From the NCBI GenBank assembly GCA_030141605.1, contig JAQGDQ010000004.1, forward strand, positions 186,001 to 250,000: DNA of 64,000 nt. The letters run 5' to 3'. This document shows, piece by piece, positions 13,961 through 27,577 of this stretch. The notes under the pieces were generated by a model. The model searched no databases. It saw only the letters and a program-made list of their open reading frames with translations, and had not been told where the DNA came from. Both the position numbers and the translations under genes were made by a program. Position 1 is the stretch's first letter; every line of letters starts with the position of its first letter. Origin of the DNA: Tubiluchus corallicola (lineage: Eukaryota > Animalia > Priapulida).

Positions 13961-15530
13961 CTTTCTCACTAAGTACTCTTGTTGGTGTGCAGAGATTGTT
14001 ATGAAAAGATTGGCATCATCTAACAATTTTTTGATTGCCACATTTTGTTGGTACTCGTCAGAGCCTTTAAGCGAAGATTTGCTATATTTTATTATAACTT
14101 ATAAAACCAAAAATATCGAATTTCTGTCATTTTCCTCATTTTCTCCATGTGTTCAATTCCGTGGCTAAATCATCCTAGCAGTTTTAAAATTTAAAATCAT
14201 ACCAACCGATTCTTCGGTCAAACATGTGCATCCTTAAAAAATGTACAGGGTAAATTTTATCTCGATAGATGGTGTAAACTACCCAACCTGTCTTAATATT
14301 CAGCCTTAGTTGATGGCAAAAAGTTATTTAATAAACTTATGATGATTTATCCAGATTGTCTGACAGATTTTTGTGTAGTGATAATGATATATTTCACTAT
14401 GATGATGCTATGTATTGAAACATGTGCATGCTAGTAAATTTATATTTTCTTTTAAAGGAAAACAGGATGCCTTTTTATATGTCATCCTGTTTTGAAGTGC
14501 GGTAAAGAGTATGCATTTGAATACCTATTAGTTATGCCAAACGATTTCTGATAACTAAATACAAGTAAAAATGGTTTGCAAGCACAACAAGTGATGACAT
14601 CTTCATTGAACATAATTTTATAATGACACAAACATTCAATGTGCATTCAACGTGTTTGAGAAAGCAAAATTGAAATACAGTGTTACTGTACAACATTCAG
14701 TGTGATATGCAAAAACTTGACAAATTGTTTAAAAATCTAAATTTCAAGTTTAGTACTTGAGTTCTTGAATGTGTGCCACATCACAACTGAACTAAGAGGT
14801 ACAGCGACTGTTTTTGGTGCAAACCATTTCCAAGGTCCCAGCACTTTTGTCCATCTAACAAGAGGATGTCAAAATGTCCGTAAAGCGAAAAACAGATAAC
14901 ATGAATTTGAAATTAAACTGCCATTTTGATTAATTATTCTTACATGTAAGCCATTTTTGAAAAAAATTCCCATTCAATATTTATATGTTAGCTTAATAAG
15001 CTACTGGTATGGTTTTGCACTGGGTCTCTGGTTGCATGGGATGTGAGTAATTTTTTCAAAATTTTTATTTGCACTCGTTTGTTATAAAATATAAGGTGCT
15101 GCTCTCCTCACGTGCATTGTCAAAATCAAATCTGTAGTATGCCTTGTAGGTCAATTTGAACGAAAAGGGTGTAATTATAAGGCAATTGATTCTGAAGTAA
15201 ACCTGTGATACAAATAGTTTTTATTTATTAAAGTGTTGGAGTAAATTTAAGTACAGCTAGCATTTGTTATGCTACAGTCTACAGCATCCAATAAAAGAAT
15301 AATGTAACCTTCTTTTCCACTTTATATAATTGCATTGTATAATCAATAATTATTGCAACCAATTATTACATTACAACTCTGCCATCGTTAGACTGGCCTT
15401 TATCATCATTACCTTTGATGATTGAATGTGAAAGATTGTTAATGTTTAATTAATGAGCTTATGATTACTGCAACCCACTTAATGAATGCTAGCCAGCTAG
15501 TAGTTACAACCATACAGGTGCAAACATTGG

Positions 15531-18500
15531 ATGAGACTGCTCAAAGGTAGGCCCATATGTCACTTTATTTCTATTGGTTGTGGTAACAATAACTTATGTT
15601 AAATATTAATCACCCTTTCTTTTGGATTTGGACTATTTGTGTTGCGACAGTACGTCATACTCATTGTGATGTGGAACATGCTGCAACCGAAATTACGTGC
15701 TCTGAAATCATCTAAAGATGACAGCTGTAATTTTTAGCTTTTCTACGAAAATTATGTTCTTAGTGTGACACATTGCTAACATTTTTTAGCAATTTTTTTA
15801 CATATTGTTTGTTTTAGGGAGCCCCAACACACCGCAAAGTACTACCTCAGATGACAACTTAAGTTTCAAGCATCTGATACCAACAAAGATGCCTCGTGGA
15901 GTAGGAAAAAACATTGCTGCTAATTTTCCTGCTACTAGTAGCCAAAGGTTTGTTACTTTTATTTTACACAGTTGCAGTGCTATATGCATAAATAGGTAAC
16001 TAAAGAGGATATGATAAATTTATTTGGAAATTTGGGTTTTAGAAATCGAAATTTGCAATTTTTGTTTGCTTGAATTTGACTGTAAGCCAGAATTTTGGCA
16101 CTAAAAGTGAGTTTTCCTTTTTTTAGGTTTTTCAATATAATAATAATAATAATAATAATTTCGTTTAGAACACAGTCCAAGATAACATCGTAAGTAACTC
16201 AATACTTATTTCCACCACAGTGGTCCTGATTATTATTACTCACACGTAACTTCGATAAACCCTATCGTGCTTGGTCGAAGAACCAGCGGTACCATTTTTC
16301 AAGTCTTTGGTATGACTTTGTCGAGAATTGAACCCACGACCTCCCAGGTGGTAAGCGAGCATGCTACCATTGAGCTACGCCACCCGGTATAAATATGAAA
16401 TTTGAACAAATGGGACATTGGGAATAAGTTTGTATATGAACCTATTTATATCTGCTACATACTGTAGCCAAACTTATTAACTATTACGAAGACTTTAATT
16501 TCATTAGCTTTTTTATTGCACTAGTCCATCATTGTACTTTCTGCCACTGAAGCCTGTAATTAAGTTACATGTATGCCAAACTGATGATTGTGCTTAAGTT
16601 CATGTATTTATCCCATTTATTTCGAATATATAGTTTACTGCAATAAATTATAAGAAATATAGATATATAGGAAGAAATTTACAGTTTATATATTTATATA
16701 TGCCATTCATTTTGAACATATAGTTTGCTGCAATAAATTGTAAAAAATACAAATATGTAGGAAGAAATTTACAGCATTAGTACCTGCACTAGCACACAGA
16801 AATATATACATAAAAATATTAGTACATAAAACCAAATGGAAGAAAAAAATCACAGTACAAATATATTTATCTTCCACAAACATAGTTCTAACAAATTAGT
16901 TGTCTGTTTGCTCATTGGCTAGCGCAGCTTTTCAAGAAATTTCAGTTTTACTAAAAAGTGGTCCAATAAAAGTCATCTAAATTGCTTGAAAACAACTTAA
17001 CAAATTTGCATGTAATTTTATAAATACATTATGAAGCACAATATTATAACGGAAACCCGGTCCGAATTTACTGTGGAAAGTTTGCATAGCAGTAAGTGCT
17101 ATGCTAAGAAATTTGCGTAGTAAGTGTTGTGCTATGCAAATTTAGAATTGTGTAGCAATCTCATAGTTTTGGTTAACATTTTGTAACTATTGTAAAAACA
17201 AAAACACCTAAAATTAGAGGTGTTTAAATCTTGCCACGTTTTTGACTCGATCTTTACTATCTATTGTTCACATCAAATTTTCATAAATACACCTTAAGGT
17301 TTAGCTACCAAAACATTTATCTGAACAATTCAATACTACAAGTAATTTTAGAGATGAGCATGTAAGTTTAAACTGTGTTTTTTACAGAATGAAATAACTC
17401 CACATAAATTATTTTATTTTAAAAACATTTAATTTCTTGCAGTTGCTTTTTTTTGCTTAGCTATTTAGTTACTTGTATAGACATTTTAAATGTTTTTAGG
17501 GGCACATGATAGTTTTTCATTTCAAAAATCTATTTTTATTATTTAGGAAGTAATGCAACCTCACATATGAGCAATACATGCTGTATAATGTTTTTTTTTT
17601 CATTTTTTAGTAAATTGGCTATAAGTAATATTGATCCCAGCAATGTTGAGGTAGAGTACATAAAAAATCTACAACAACAGATTTACTTCCTAGAACTTGA
17701 AGTCAGCTTTTTATATCCTTTTGTAATTTTTTATGTATTTTGATAAAATGTTCTAACAAAAACATAATATTTGTTAGGTTCTGTTTTAGCTTATGTTGTT
17801 GCTGCTCTGTGCTATTATGTTGATATTTCTAGATGTTTAATTTTCATCACTTGATACTAGATGGCAGCAGCACGACGTGAATCATGAGCTTCACACTTAC
17901 TGGCTCTTGATGTGCGTCTAGATGCGTGGCTTGTGTTCGCGCTTGAATAACGTACGCTGTGATTGATAAAATTGATATTAGCAAAACAAGTTAAACTCAT
18001 TCAACGCTTTTCTTCGTGATGTCTACCACAGTTAAGAGGATTTTGGAAACGTGTTATGTTGTCTACGGCCATACTACGTTGAAAACACCGGTTCTCGTCT
18101 GATCACCGAAGTTAAGCAACGTCGGGCCTGGTTAGTACTTGGATGGGTGACCGCCTGGGAATACCCGGTGCCTGTAGGCTTTTTCATTTTTTGCATAATA
18201 AAAATTTATAACAATTAAGTTGGTCTGACTTAAAATTTATGAGAATACATGATAAGAAAGTTACAAAATTCAGGTACGAATATTATGAAAAAAGTGGTCA
18301 ATAAAATGTTTTGTATCAAGGTTTAATTCAGCAAAGCTTAAAAATATAAAACTTATTGAAATTTCTGTACTTAAGCTATTTTGCTATTGGAAGCAAGCTT
18401 TTTAAATAATTGTCTGCCAAGTTTGAACTACTTCTTAGTGGTCAATTTGTCCGAAAACTCTACTGTTTTAATATACTTTACCTTACATATGTAATTCTAA

Positions 18501-21500
18501 TTGCTCTGTTAAATGTTAAGTAAAACAGTTTGTGATGCAGCCAGTTTGTCGGAAAACTCTTATGTAGTGTACATAATCACACTAAATGATAGCTGCATAC
18601 CTAGCTGTATTTTTATATTACTTCTATAGGTGGCAGCCCTGTAGTGTATTGTAAAATGTGTTTTGAATTCCTTACATCATGTACAGTGTTTTAGAATTAT
18701 TTTTATTTTGTTCTATTTTCATTAGTTTGTCGGAAATAGTTATTGACTAATGTTGCTTTTTTATAAGTTTCAGCAGCAGATAAAATTTTTACTACTGCTT
18801 AAAAATAATTTATCACTTATCCTCCATTTTAGACATGGTTTATAAACCACAAATAGCTAAAAGGTTTTGTGTACATATCATTGGCAGCATCTTTACTGAA
18901 ATGTTTCAAGCAAACAAAAAAGAAACTGCAATTATAAATCCCAGATGTAGTCTGATTTTACTTTTATATTCATGTAATAAACTGTAATGCAAATTGTAAA
19001 AGTACGCTTTCGGAAATACTTGAGAAATGATTGATTAACATTTGAGATTGAACATTTGTAGTTTTGAGTTTAAGTCAGGATTTGATCCTACTGGTGTGAT
19101 ATAATGGTGCAGACTGTATGTCTAGGTATGCAGTAATAATTATGTTTGACTTCATTATTTCTCTATTTTCTCATAACCTGTCTAACAGTTATATAAAAAT
19201 GCTTTCAGATATGTCTGTGATCTAATTCGTATTTAGCAATGTAATCTAAAGTCGCATAATAAAAATTAACGTACGTAAATGTAGTTGACAGTAATAATAT
19301 ATTGAACAGAGTTGAGAACTAATAAAGAGAGGGCTTTGAGAAGTCAAGTGACTTCCAGTTACAATTGCCATTTTACTGACCATAGTAGCAGAACTTCATA
19401 AGTGCAAAAATTAACCTTATGCTGGCAAAGAGTTTGGTAGAAAAGCACCTTTGTGGAAATAGTGATTGATGTTCCTATTATGATGTTTTTATTATGCCTT
19501 AACTTATCACTTACACGAGAGCTGGCGAAGAAGACATCAGATCTTCATCCGGCTATGACGGTAGAAGCTGAAAAAATGCTCTTGAAGTTGCGGGTAAGAT
19601 TTGTTGAAAGGATACTGCCATTATACTTGACTTTATACTACACCTGCCTTGTTATGAAAGCAAAATTAAAAGAGTTATGTGTGTCATGGTTTTCCAAGTT
19701 TTGTGAACTGATGTTTGTTGGCCAGTTTTCACTTTCCTTGCAAATAATGGCTAAGGTTAATGGTGGTAAGATGTTTGCAAGGTTGTAGAATTTTTTACAG
19801 TCTAATCACATTTATTTTAATAATTTAGAGCCTTTTGTTTACCCAACATGTAAAACTGCTGTTTTATAGACTCACAATTTTTTTTAATAACATTAGAAAA
19901 CTTTCTAGCATCTCTAGTGATTTGTTATGAACATAATTGTTTTATTAAATACCAACATTCTGTAGGAATTGCAAACTGAAGTGGATCACCTTCGAGCCGA
20001 ATTACGGAAGAAGAATTCATTGCTGGAGGTAGCAGAAGCAGAGAAGTCAAAGTTCCAGGATAAACTGAGGCATATAGATGGTATGATGTGATTAAAACTA
20101 AAGAGTGACAGAGAGATGATGACGATGACATGAACATATAAACATGCTAATACTGTTTCTGTTGCCATCATTTTTAATTATCATTTCTGGCTTATCTCAA
20201 TCTTAGCTACTCATAGCAATGTATTCTGCCAGCAAAACTTACAGTTATATTGTACAGAGTCTTTTTGTTAGACTAGCATAATGTATGAGAACTATAATGC
20301 AAGGCTTAACTTTAACTTTAATACATTTCTGCTGAAAATTATTAACATAAGAAAACTGTTTTCCCTATGTGAAGTAGTTTAAAAACTTGGTTGCTTTCCC
20401 TTTGTTTCTGACTAGCCAACTTTCATGGAGTTATTCGATTGCACATTTCTAGATGAGAAAAGTCGAAGCAAACGAGTGATGGTTGAAGAATTAATTGACA
20501 TGAAAAAGCAAATTGAGAGTTTAAAGAAAGATTTAACATCAAGAGATGTTGAAGTGCGAGACTTACAATCAGAACTTGAAGAAAAAGATGTTGTCGTCAG
20601 AAATTTGGAGAATAAACTGAAGGATGCTCAGAAACAGGTGATTAAATTGTTGTGCAGCTTTTGATTAAACTAGAAGTAATGGCTTTGTTTCCCCCTGGCT
20701 GTAAATTGCACATTGCTCTTCTGTCATAGAAAGAAACTTTGCTAACATTTGGTTATTAATTTTAATGCAAGAAAAGGCAAAGCTGCAAGGAAGATGAATC
20801 TTTGAGTGGTTTCTGTCTGGGGAAGGCCACATGAATAACAGCATTCTAAAATTTTACACCTGTATTTATGGATCCATAAACTGTAAATTCATGTCAACTA
20901 CAAAAGCATACAAAATATTTAAAATTTTGGGAAATTGATTTTGCTAATCGATTTACAGGTACTAAGCAAAAATTTGTGAGCTTTGTAGCTTTGTCATTCT
21001 GCAATGAAGAAAGAAATTTTATTTTAGATACATTATTCAGAGGAACATCACAACAAGATGCTAATGCAACTTGAAGACAAAAAAGTAGATGCTCTCCGAA
21101 AAGAATCAGCACTAAAGGAATTAGAGGATAAGTACTATAGTAGCACAGCTTCTGTGCAGGAAGCTACAATCAAAGGTTTTAGGGTGAGTATTTTGTCACA
21201 TCTTTAATCTTTTTATCTTACTCTTAAAGTGTTTTCTCAAATATTATTTTTCGTAGAAACTCGATGAATAATCAGCTGCTTGATATTGGTTTATGTTACA
21301 TGTCGTAAACTTATGTAATTTTTGTCTATTTGTCGGTATAAAAACATTGCAAATATAAATTATCTTTTTTAAGATAGTAATTCAAATGAGGCTCAAAATA
21401 TTTTACTAATTGTTGGTAATGTGACTGAGCATTACTACTGACTTTTTCTTTACTTACACGTAATACTTGCCCAGTTTTGCTGAAGTTATTACCGAAACAA

Positions 21501-24500
21501 AAATTTTCTTTCGGTTTCCCAATAATTGCACTTTCGATTCAGTTTTGTTTTCTCCAAAAATTATTAACTTTTGTAGTTGAAACTTTCGGTAATGCCGACG
21601 ACTGTGAAGCTTTACAGACACAATTAACCAAAATGTAAAAGTGTAATTTGAACAAAATCAAGTTTCATTTTATAATTACCATCATTATCTTTAAGCGAAA
21701 GCATTGTTCTACCTTTACTTATGTCAGTTTTGATAATAATTGGTTTCGATAACATCCCTGACTTTTTTTTGCGACTGTCTCTTTAACTGAAATTACTTTC
21801 AATTGTATATCACTCGCAAGTATTTGATCAGAAAGCTAGATATGCAAATGTGTTTTTGTGCGAGAATTGTGCGTACTGCAGCTATGCATTTTAAACAATT
21901 TATGTGATGTTAAGGAGGAGATTCGAATATTGAAACAACGTCTGAAGGAAACAGAAATGAATGCAGATCATGATCGCTATCTTAGGAGCAAGGTATGTCA
22001 TACTTTCACTGCCAGAAACTAATAAAAAAATTTTATCCTCACAAAACAGTGTTCTACATAAGTAAATTTAACTTTGATGCTAACACTACAGCAACTTTGT
22101 GTTGGTACATACAATTTATTGCAATTATAATATTTCAGTCAAGCTGATAAATTAAATTGCACTTTACACAACTTGAAAAAACACAAGTTACAGTAACATG
22201 CTCTGACACTAATCATTAGTATGTAGCCTTGTTAGAACAAGAGTTGCCTATATTGCGATTACTCATAATTATTCCGTGTGTTGTGCCATTTCACAATATT
22301 TCTTGGTCTGCACTAAATCAGTCAGATGTGTGATAAAACTCATACATCTATATATTATACTTATATTCAATAATACAATTTTTAATGTGAGAATTATTTT
22401 ATAAAGAAGTACTTATTTTTGCTCATCTTTACGGATAACCCTAGAAGCAATTAAATGTACTGCATTGTTGTGCTATTCAGTTTGCAAAAAATCAGTCAGT
22501 CTCAACAAAAGCGAGAATCCAAATTTTTATTCACAAATGGTATCACTGAGGTACTTATGACCAGGATCAATAAATTATTCCACTATCATTTTATTGTACA
22601 CAGCTTATTTAAAAAACGAAATTTTTATTAGCTCTTCCATATCCAGTGTCTCCTTGATTTCTTTTTTATTTTTTGCATGTATTTCTTGCTTTCTATGTTT
22701 ATTTATTTTTTGTGAAAAAAGGGTGAGAAAAAGATACAAGGTGAGAGTACAAGAAAGATACAAGGAAAAAAGGAGAAAGCAGATAATAGAAAGATAGAGA
22801 GTGGAGAGAAAGAGGAAAAGGAACTAGAAAGAAATTGAGGGCATTGACTGAGCTTGACAAATCAGAGTTTTCAGTGTGGCGGTCTTTTGTGTTTTTTGGA
22901 GCTGCTCTTGTTTAGGATTGATTTTGGACTTGAGCATATTCAGGTCAACCATCAAGAGATATTTTTTAAATTTTATTTTAATTATAAGCTCCCACGTTGT
23001 CATCTTCAGCTCTTATTATTTTGTCAACTATTTTTTACTGTTTTTTCTAATGTAACCTTTTATACATTTTGGCCAGCTACTTTCTGGTCACTTTTTGTAA
23101 AAAAAAAATGGAAATTTGTTAAAATTTCGCTGGTGTACCAGTTTCCCTTGACCCTGTTTTGTGTAGCTTTGGGTGTGCGACACTAAGTGTAAACACTGAA
23201 AGCACAGTCTCTTTCTGTCTCTCCTTGTAGACAATTTTTCCAAGAAATGCCTTTGGCTATACTTGGTGTTAGCCATAAAATTTTATGAGTTTTAAATACT
23301 TGTGCTAATAAAAGCTGTATCAAATTTCAGAAATATCAAATTTTTAAAAACAAACCATTAAAATTGATTAATTAAATGATTTTTTTCAATGTTTATATTA
23401 ATATTTTATTTACCTGTTATTTGACAATTAATCAACATTTTTCTGTAACTGCGTGTAACATGAAACTCAAGCTGGCTAATATTTGTAATTAGTGTTGTTA
23501 TTAACTTTAATTTTCAGTAGAATCATTTCAGGGGAGCTATATAACTTGTACAGTAGGATCTCAGTTACCCGGATAGTCCAGTTCTGAGAGGTGGAAAAGC
23601 TTGAATAACCGAGAAAGTCCATATAATCAGACTTATCTTAGTTTCGCTTAATCAAAAACTTGCCACTGGACAAATTGTTAAATGAAGTCTTTATGATTGA
23701 TTGATTACTAAAATTAACTTTGAATTTCAAACTTGTTGAAAGTTCCTAACTAGCCAAAGCCTCTATTTTAAGTTTTTATTCTGCCTTGTTGGCATTATTA
23801 CTCAGCTATATGCAGTCAGTCACTCACTCCTGTTTCAAGTAATGCATTCCCTGATCATTTTTTCTAGCACTGTAGATGAGTGATTCTATTTTGGGCAAAG
23901 GTACGATCCTCACTGCAATCGCATTTTGTATAATGTTTAGCAATGAGGTAACAATTAATGAGAATTCGGGAGAAGTATTTCAAGACTGGGAGAAAGAAAA
24001 AAAGAAATTAGGAGGCTACCATTAAAATCGGAAGTCTCCCAATTAGACCTGAGAGTTTGAATGTCTGGCTTAATACCCAACAAACTTTCATGTTGTTGCA
24101 CAGTATACTAATTTAGTTAATTCTGCATCTTAGTTTTAGAAATCATTCCTTTTTTGTGATGGTTCAGGTCACAGAGTGCAGTTTTTCCGGTTCCTGCAGA
24201 TTTAAGGACCCATAATAAGTAATTTGGACATAGTTTCTAGGTCTGTTGCTGGCAATTTTTGACTCTTACAACTAATTGACGACAGTTTACACATTCACAC
24301 TAAACTGAAGGTCACAAGAAGAAACCAGCATTATCAAATTGTTTTCACAGTCATCAACTATGTAATACAACAATAAAATTAACTTTTATTTTCAAAGTAA
24401 AAGGATGTCAGCATTTGTTGCTCTGTGCACTATATATTCATTCATAACTTTGTTAAAGCTGTTTCATTGCTTTTTGGTCATCGTGTATGATCTCAAGCAT

Positions 24501-25064
24501 TTCACTACAACCATTTGCCCACATATAATAAAACGGTAAACGCATTAGTCTCATTACTTTATATGTGCTTCTTTGGTTCTTTAAGCTATGGATGAGCTGT
24601 TTATTTCTGAGTTTGTAAACTAGCCACATTTTGGCTTTTTCTTGACATTGTGCATGATGTTTATGATTTTTATTTGATTTAGTCATTTCTTTTTGGAGTG
24701 CCCTATTTTTTAGGTTTTTTTCTTTAGATGGCTGATGACAAAGGTTCACTTATTAGGGAAAATGCTGCATTAGGTTCCCAAGTTGTTGAACTTCAGAAAC
24801 AATTGGACATGGTAAGTTTTTACAGCTGTCTCTGTGTGTTATGCATGCTCAGATGCAGTAACAACACAACTGTCAATCAGTTGTTAAATATAAGCACAGA
24901 ATGACTAAAGATCAGCTGTTTTTTATACAATTTGACACACTGCAAGACAGAATTCAGTATTCAAAGGTGAGTCGTGCAACATGATATATATGGCGTGCTC
25001 GGAACCTGGCTGTTCCTGTAAGATGAGCCGTTGAATCAGCAGAGGTATCTCAGCTACATTTGAT

Positions 25065-25133
<69 letters not shown>

Positions 25134-27577
25134 GTATATGTATATGTATATGTATTTTTCATTCTGTGGGGCAAAATTCAAGGTTTTTATTGGTGATGCC
25201 ACCCAGGGCGAGTATAAACCATGGCGGCTACACACCATTTAAGTGAATTGCACACATCTGTCCAGTCTACCAACTCTGTCATAACCCTTTCCTCATTTTG
25301 AAGAATTTTGGTTAACTGGCTATGATTTGACATAGTTGACACAAACCTGAACAAGCCTGAATTACATCCTGGGTAGAAGTCCTCTGTTTGTTCACAATTA
25401 ACCTTCCTGTATGGTTTAACCAGTATATCTTATATTGCTTGTTATTTTAAGTTGGTCGTTGTAATTAGCTTAGTAGAGGACACATAGCAAACATTTTGAT
25501 TAACAACTTGTCATTGACACTTTGACATTGTAAACTCTGCAATATATATCCTGTATATGTTTCAAAAGTTCAGAAATGATTAGAATACCACATTGTCTTA
25601 GGAACGAGCTTTGAAAGAGAAGCAGGAAATCAAACGCACTGCCGAGATTTCGGAGCTAGTCACACTGAGGGACAAGGAAAAAGAACTCCAAGACAAAATT
25701 ACTCATCTTTCATTGTTGCTGGATGAAGAGCGAGCAAAAAGTGAGAGATTTATTGGAGAGGTAAAGCCTTCTTTATGTGTATTAAATAAAGAGACTTAAG
25801 AAGTATCTATAACAATAAATAACTTTGCAAAACATTTTATATAGATTCACTTTCAAAAATCTGCAGCCTTCACAAAATCTGCAAAAATCCGCAACTGAGC
25901 TTACATGAATTTTTGTAATTTTTAGTGATAATAATCAGATTTTTTTATTTTCTTGTTTTGTTTTAATTCACTTATATGAATTAGCATTTTTAAATAATTG
26001 CACATAATAATTTTGACATTATTTCTTTTCGAAAATTCATTCAAAGGAAGACCAGACGATTGTCTAGACTCAATCTCATTTTAATTTACTGTCCAAAATA
26101 TACATTTTCTTGCCTATAAAAGTTAACAATTGTTCCTTATATTTGAATAATTAGCTTAGAAAGTTAATTAATGGCAACCGAACACAGCTATTGCTTGCGT
26201 CAGAAAATAACCACAGTTTGTTCAATGACAGGCATCTTCGCTTGCGTGTGTTACAGTATTGTTTAAACTCATGATGTCACAAAAAATACGCTTTACATCA
26301 TATGATGTCATGAAACTAACACAGCAGTTCATGATCATGGTTATCATGGTACCGCCTTCTATTTGTCAACCACGCGCACGTGACAAAAAGGCGCCGCTGC
26401 CAATCTTAGTAGATTCACTGAGCCGCGCGTAGGTTTGAAAGTTTAACGAAATTTGAGTATCCAAGGTAATTATTATTTAAACTAAGCTTTGATTTAAAAT
26501 AAGCTATTGTAGTTTTCAATATTTTAGAGCATTCTTTATTCTGAACTTGTGTTTACACAATCATCCGGTTTTCCTTTAAAGCCTTGTAGTGCATACTAAG
26601 CTGAACAGTGATAACTCATACTTCTACAGTAGTAATATGCTGCACCCATCGGCTAATTGAATCAGTCGGTTAATTGGGTCAAAACACATCCATACCAAAG
26701 TGAGTCTATTAAGCGGCGCCTTTATGTGTTTGCATTATGGTGTTTATTTTCCTGATTTTCCTAATACTGTTTTGTTGCTGATAAAATGACCATTTTATTT
26801 AAACTGATTTCAGTTTTTTCTAAAATTCGGTCGTACTTTTTCCTACATTCTCATTTAGATTGTATTATCAATTATCATCAAATGAATGTTTGTGCATTTG
26901 TTCAGGTTTCCAAACTGGAACAATTGAGCAGTAGTCAAACCGTAAAGCAGTCATCCTTAAAAAGTAAGCTCAGTGACATAGAGAACCGTCGAATGGTAGC
27001 TGAAAAAGAGGTTGAACGCGTAAAAAAAGACAAAGCAGTTTTAAGTGACCACGTGTCAGAATTACAAGAAAAGGTAAGTGTGCTTATTAAAACCTTGCTT
27101 CACTTTTCAAACTTGCACTGCATGCGTATTGGAATATTCCATGATTTAAATGAATATCAGAATTCTCAATTGTATTTTTGTCAACTGTTTTGAAATATGT
27201 TGGTATGTGCATCGGTTCTTTGTAATAGACATTTAACTTGTTTATCATATCCTTCTATCTTAGCGTATCTGACTAAATACTGTCATTTTATAAGCTAATA
27301 TGTTTTTTTGTATGTGCTATTAAGTGCTAACAAAATTTGTTGACTTATTTGTTCATAGTTAAGGCAAAAAGATGATCACATCTTACGCCTGAAAGCAGAG
27401 TTACATTCAATGCAGACTCGCATCAACTCTCTAGAAGAGGATAGTCATATGCACAGATCTCTACAGAGTCAAAAGTGGGAGGAGTTTGAGCGATTGGCAG
27501 AAAGTATGAAGAATCTGAGTAGAAGTATGAGCGTGAAAGCTGCAACTGCTGCTGCCAAAGATAAACATTTTATTTAG
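15531..27577 (+). CDS. Uncharacterised coiled-coil protein (possibly centriolar/ciliary); 5' end uncertain
   Basis: Phase-consistent exons: 15518/15531-15546 (tentative, MRLLK), 15818-15947, 17611-17712 (KLAISNIDPSNVEVEYIKNLQQQIYFLELEVSF), 19515-19593 (RELAKKTSDLHPAMTVEAEKMLLKLR), 19966-20080, 20453-20637, 21028-21183, 21915-21992, 24728-24811, 25602-25760, 26906-27073, 27359-27577 (...QSQKWEEFERLAESMKNLSRSM...HFI*). E/K/L/Q-rich with heptad character. Confidence 0.85.
16190..16388 (-). mobile_element. tRNA-derived SINE, central domain resembling MetaSINE
   Basis: Minus strand reads GGCGTAGCTCAATGGTAGC (A box)...GGGTTCAATTCTC (B box), then GTCATACCAAAGACTTGAAAAATGGTACC. No complete cloverleaf. 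The Meta assignment is from memory. Confidence 0.7.
16620..16775. repeat. Short degenerate direct duplication (two ~64-bp copies ~90 bp apart)
   Basis: ...ATATAGTTTRCTGCAATAAATT...TAGGAAGAAATTTACAG occurs at ~16620 and ~16711. Confidence 0.7.
17713..19514 (+). other. U12-type (minor spliceosome) AT-AC intron
   Basis: 5' splice site ATATCCTTT at 17713; branch site TGCCTTAAC at 19495-19503; 3' splice site TAC ending at 19514. Splicing joins TT|A (Leu) and keeps the frame: ...LELEVSF-L-RELAKK... Confidence 0.92.
18061..18180 (+). rRNA. 5S rRNA gene (single copy in this window, intronic)
   Basis: GTCTACGGCCATACTACGTTGAAAACACCGGTTCTCGTCTGATCACCGAAGTTAAGCAACGTCGGGCCTGGTTAGTACTTGGATGGGTGACCGCCTGGGAATACCCGGTGCCTGTAGGCT is colinear with metazoan 5S. 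Box A, IE and box C regions are intact, and T-runs follow (Pol III terminator). Confidence 0.97.
25069..25152. repeat. (TA)n / (TATATG)n microsatellite
   Basis: Visible directly. Confidence 0.95.
26045..26575. mobile_element. Kolobok-like non-autonomous element (MITE)
   Basis: Imperfect ~30-bp TIRs AGGAAGACCAGACGATTGTCTAGACTCAA / TTGTGTTTACACAATCATCCGGTTTTCCT, flanked by TCAA and TTAA (degenerate TTAA TSD). Confidence 0.65.

Noticed and set aside
16320-16388. tRNA gene on the minus strand
   Set aside because: A and B boxes are present, but the acceptor stem does not close and it continues into a SINE body
17940-18345. Spliced-leader or snRNA gene linked to the 5S (ATTTTGG Sm-like site at ~18040; GGTTTAATT at 18320)
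   Set aside because: No leader/donor arrangement or supporting stem-loops; the motifs are too short in AT-rich DNA
24923-25246. ORFs rich in YI/IY repeats
   Set aside because: Translations of the (TA)n microsatellite
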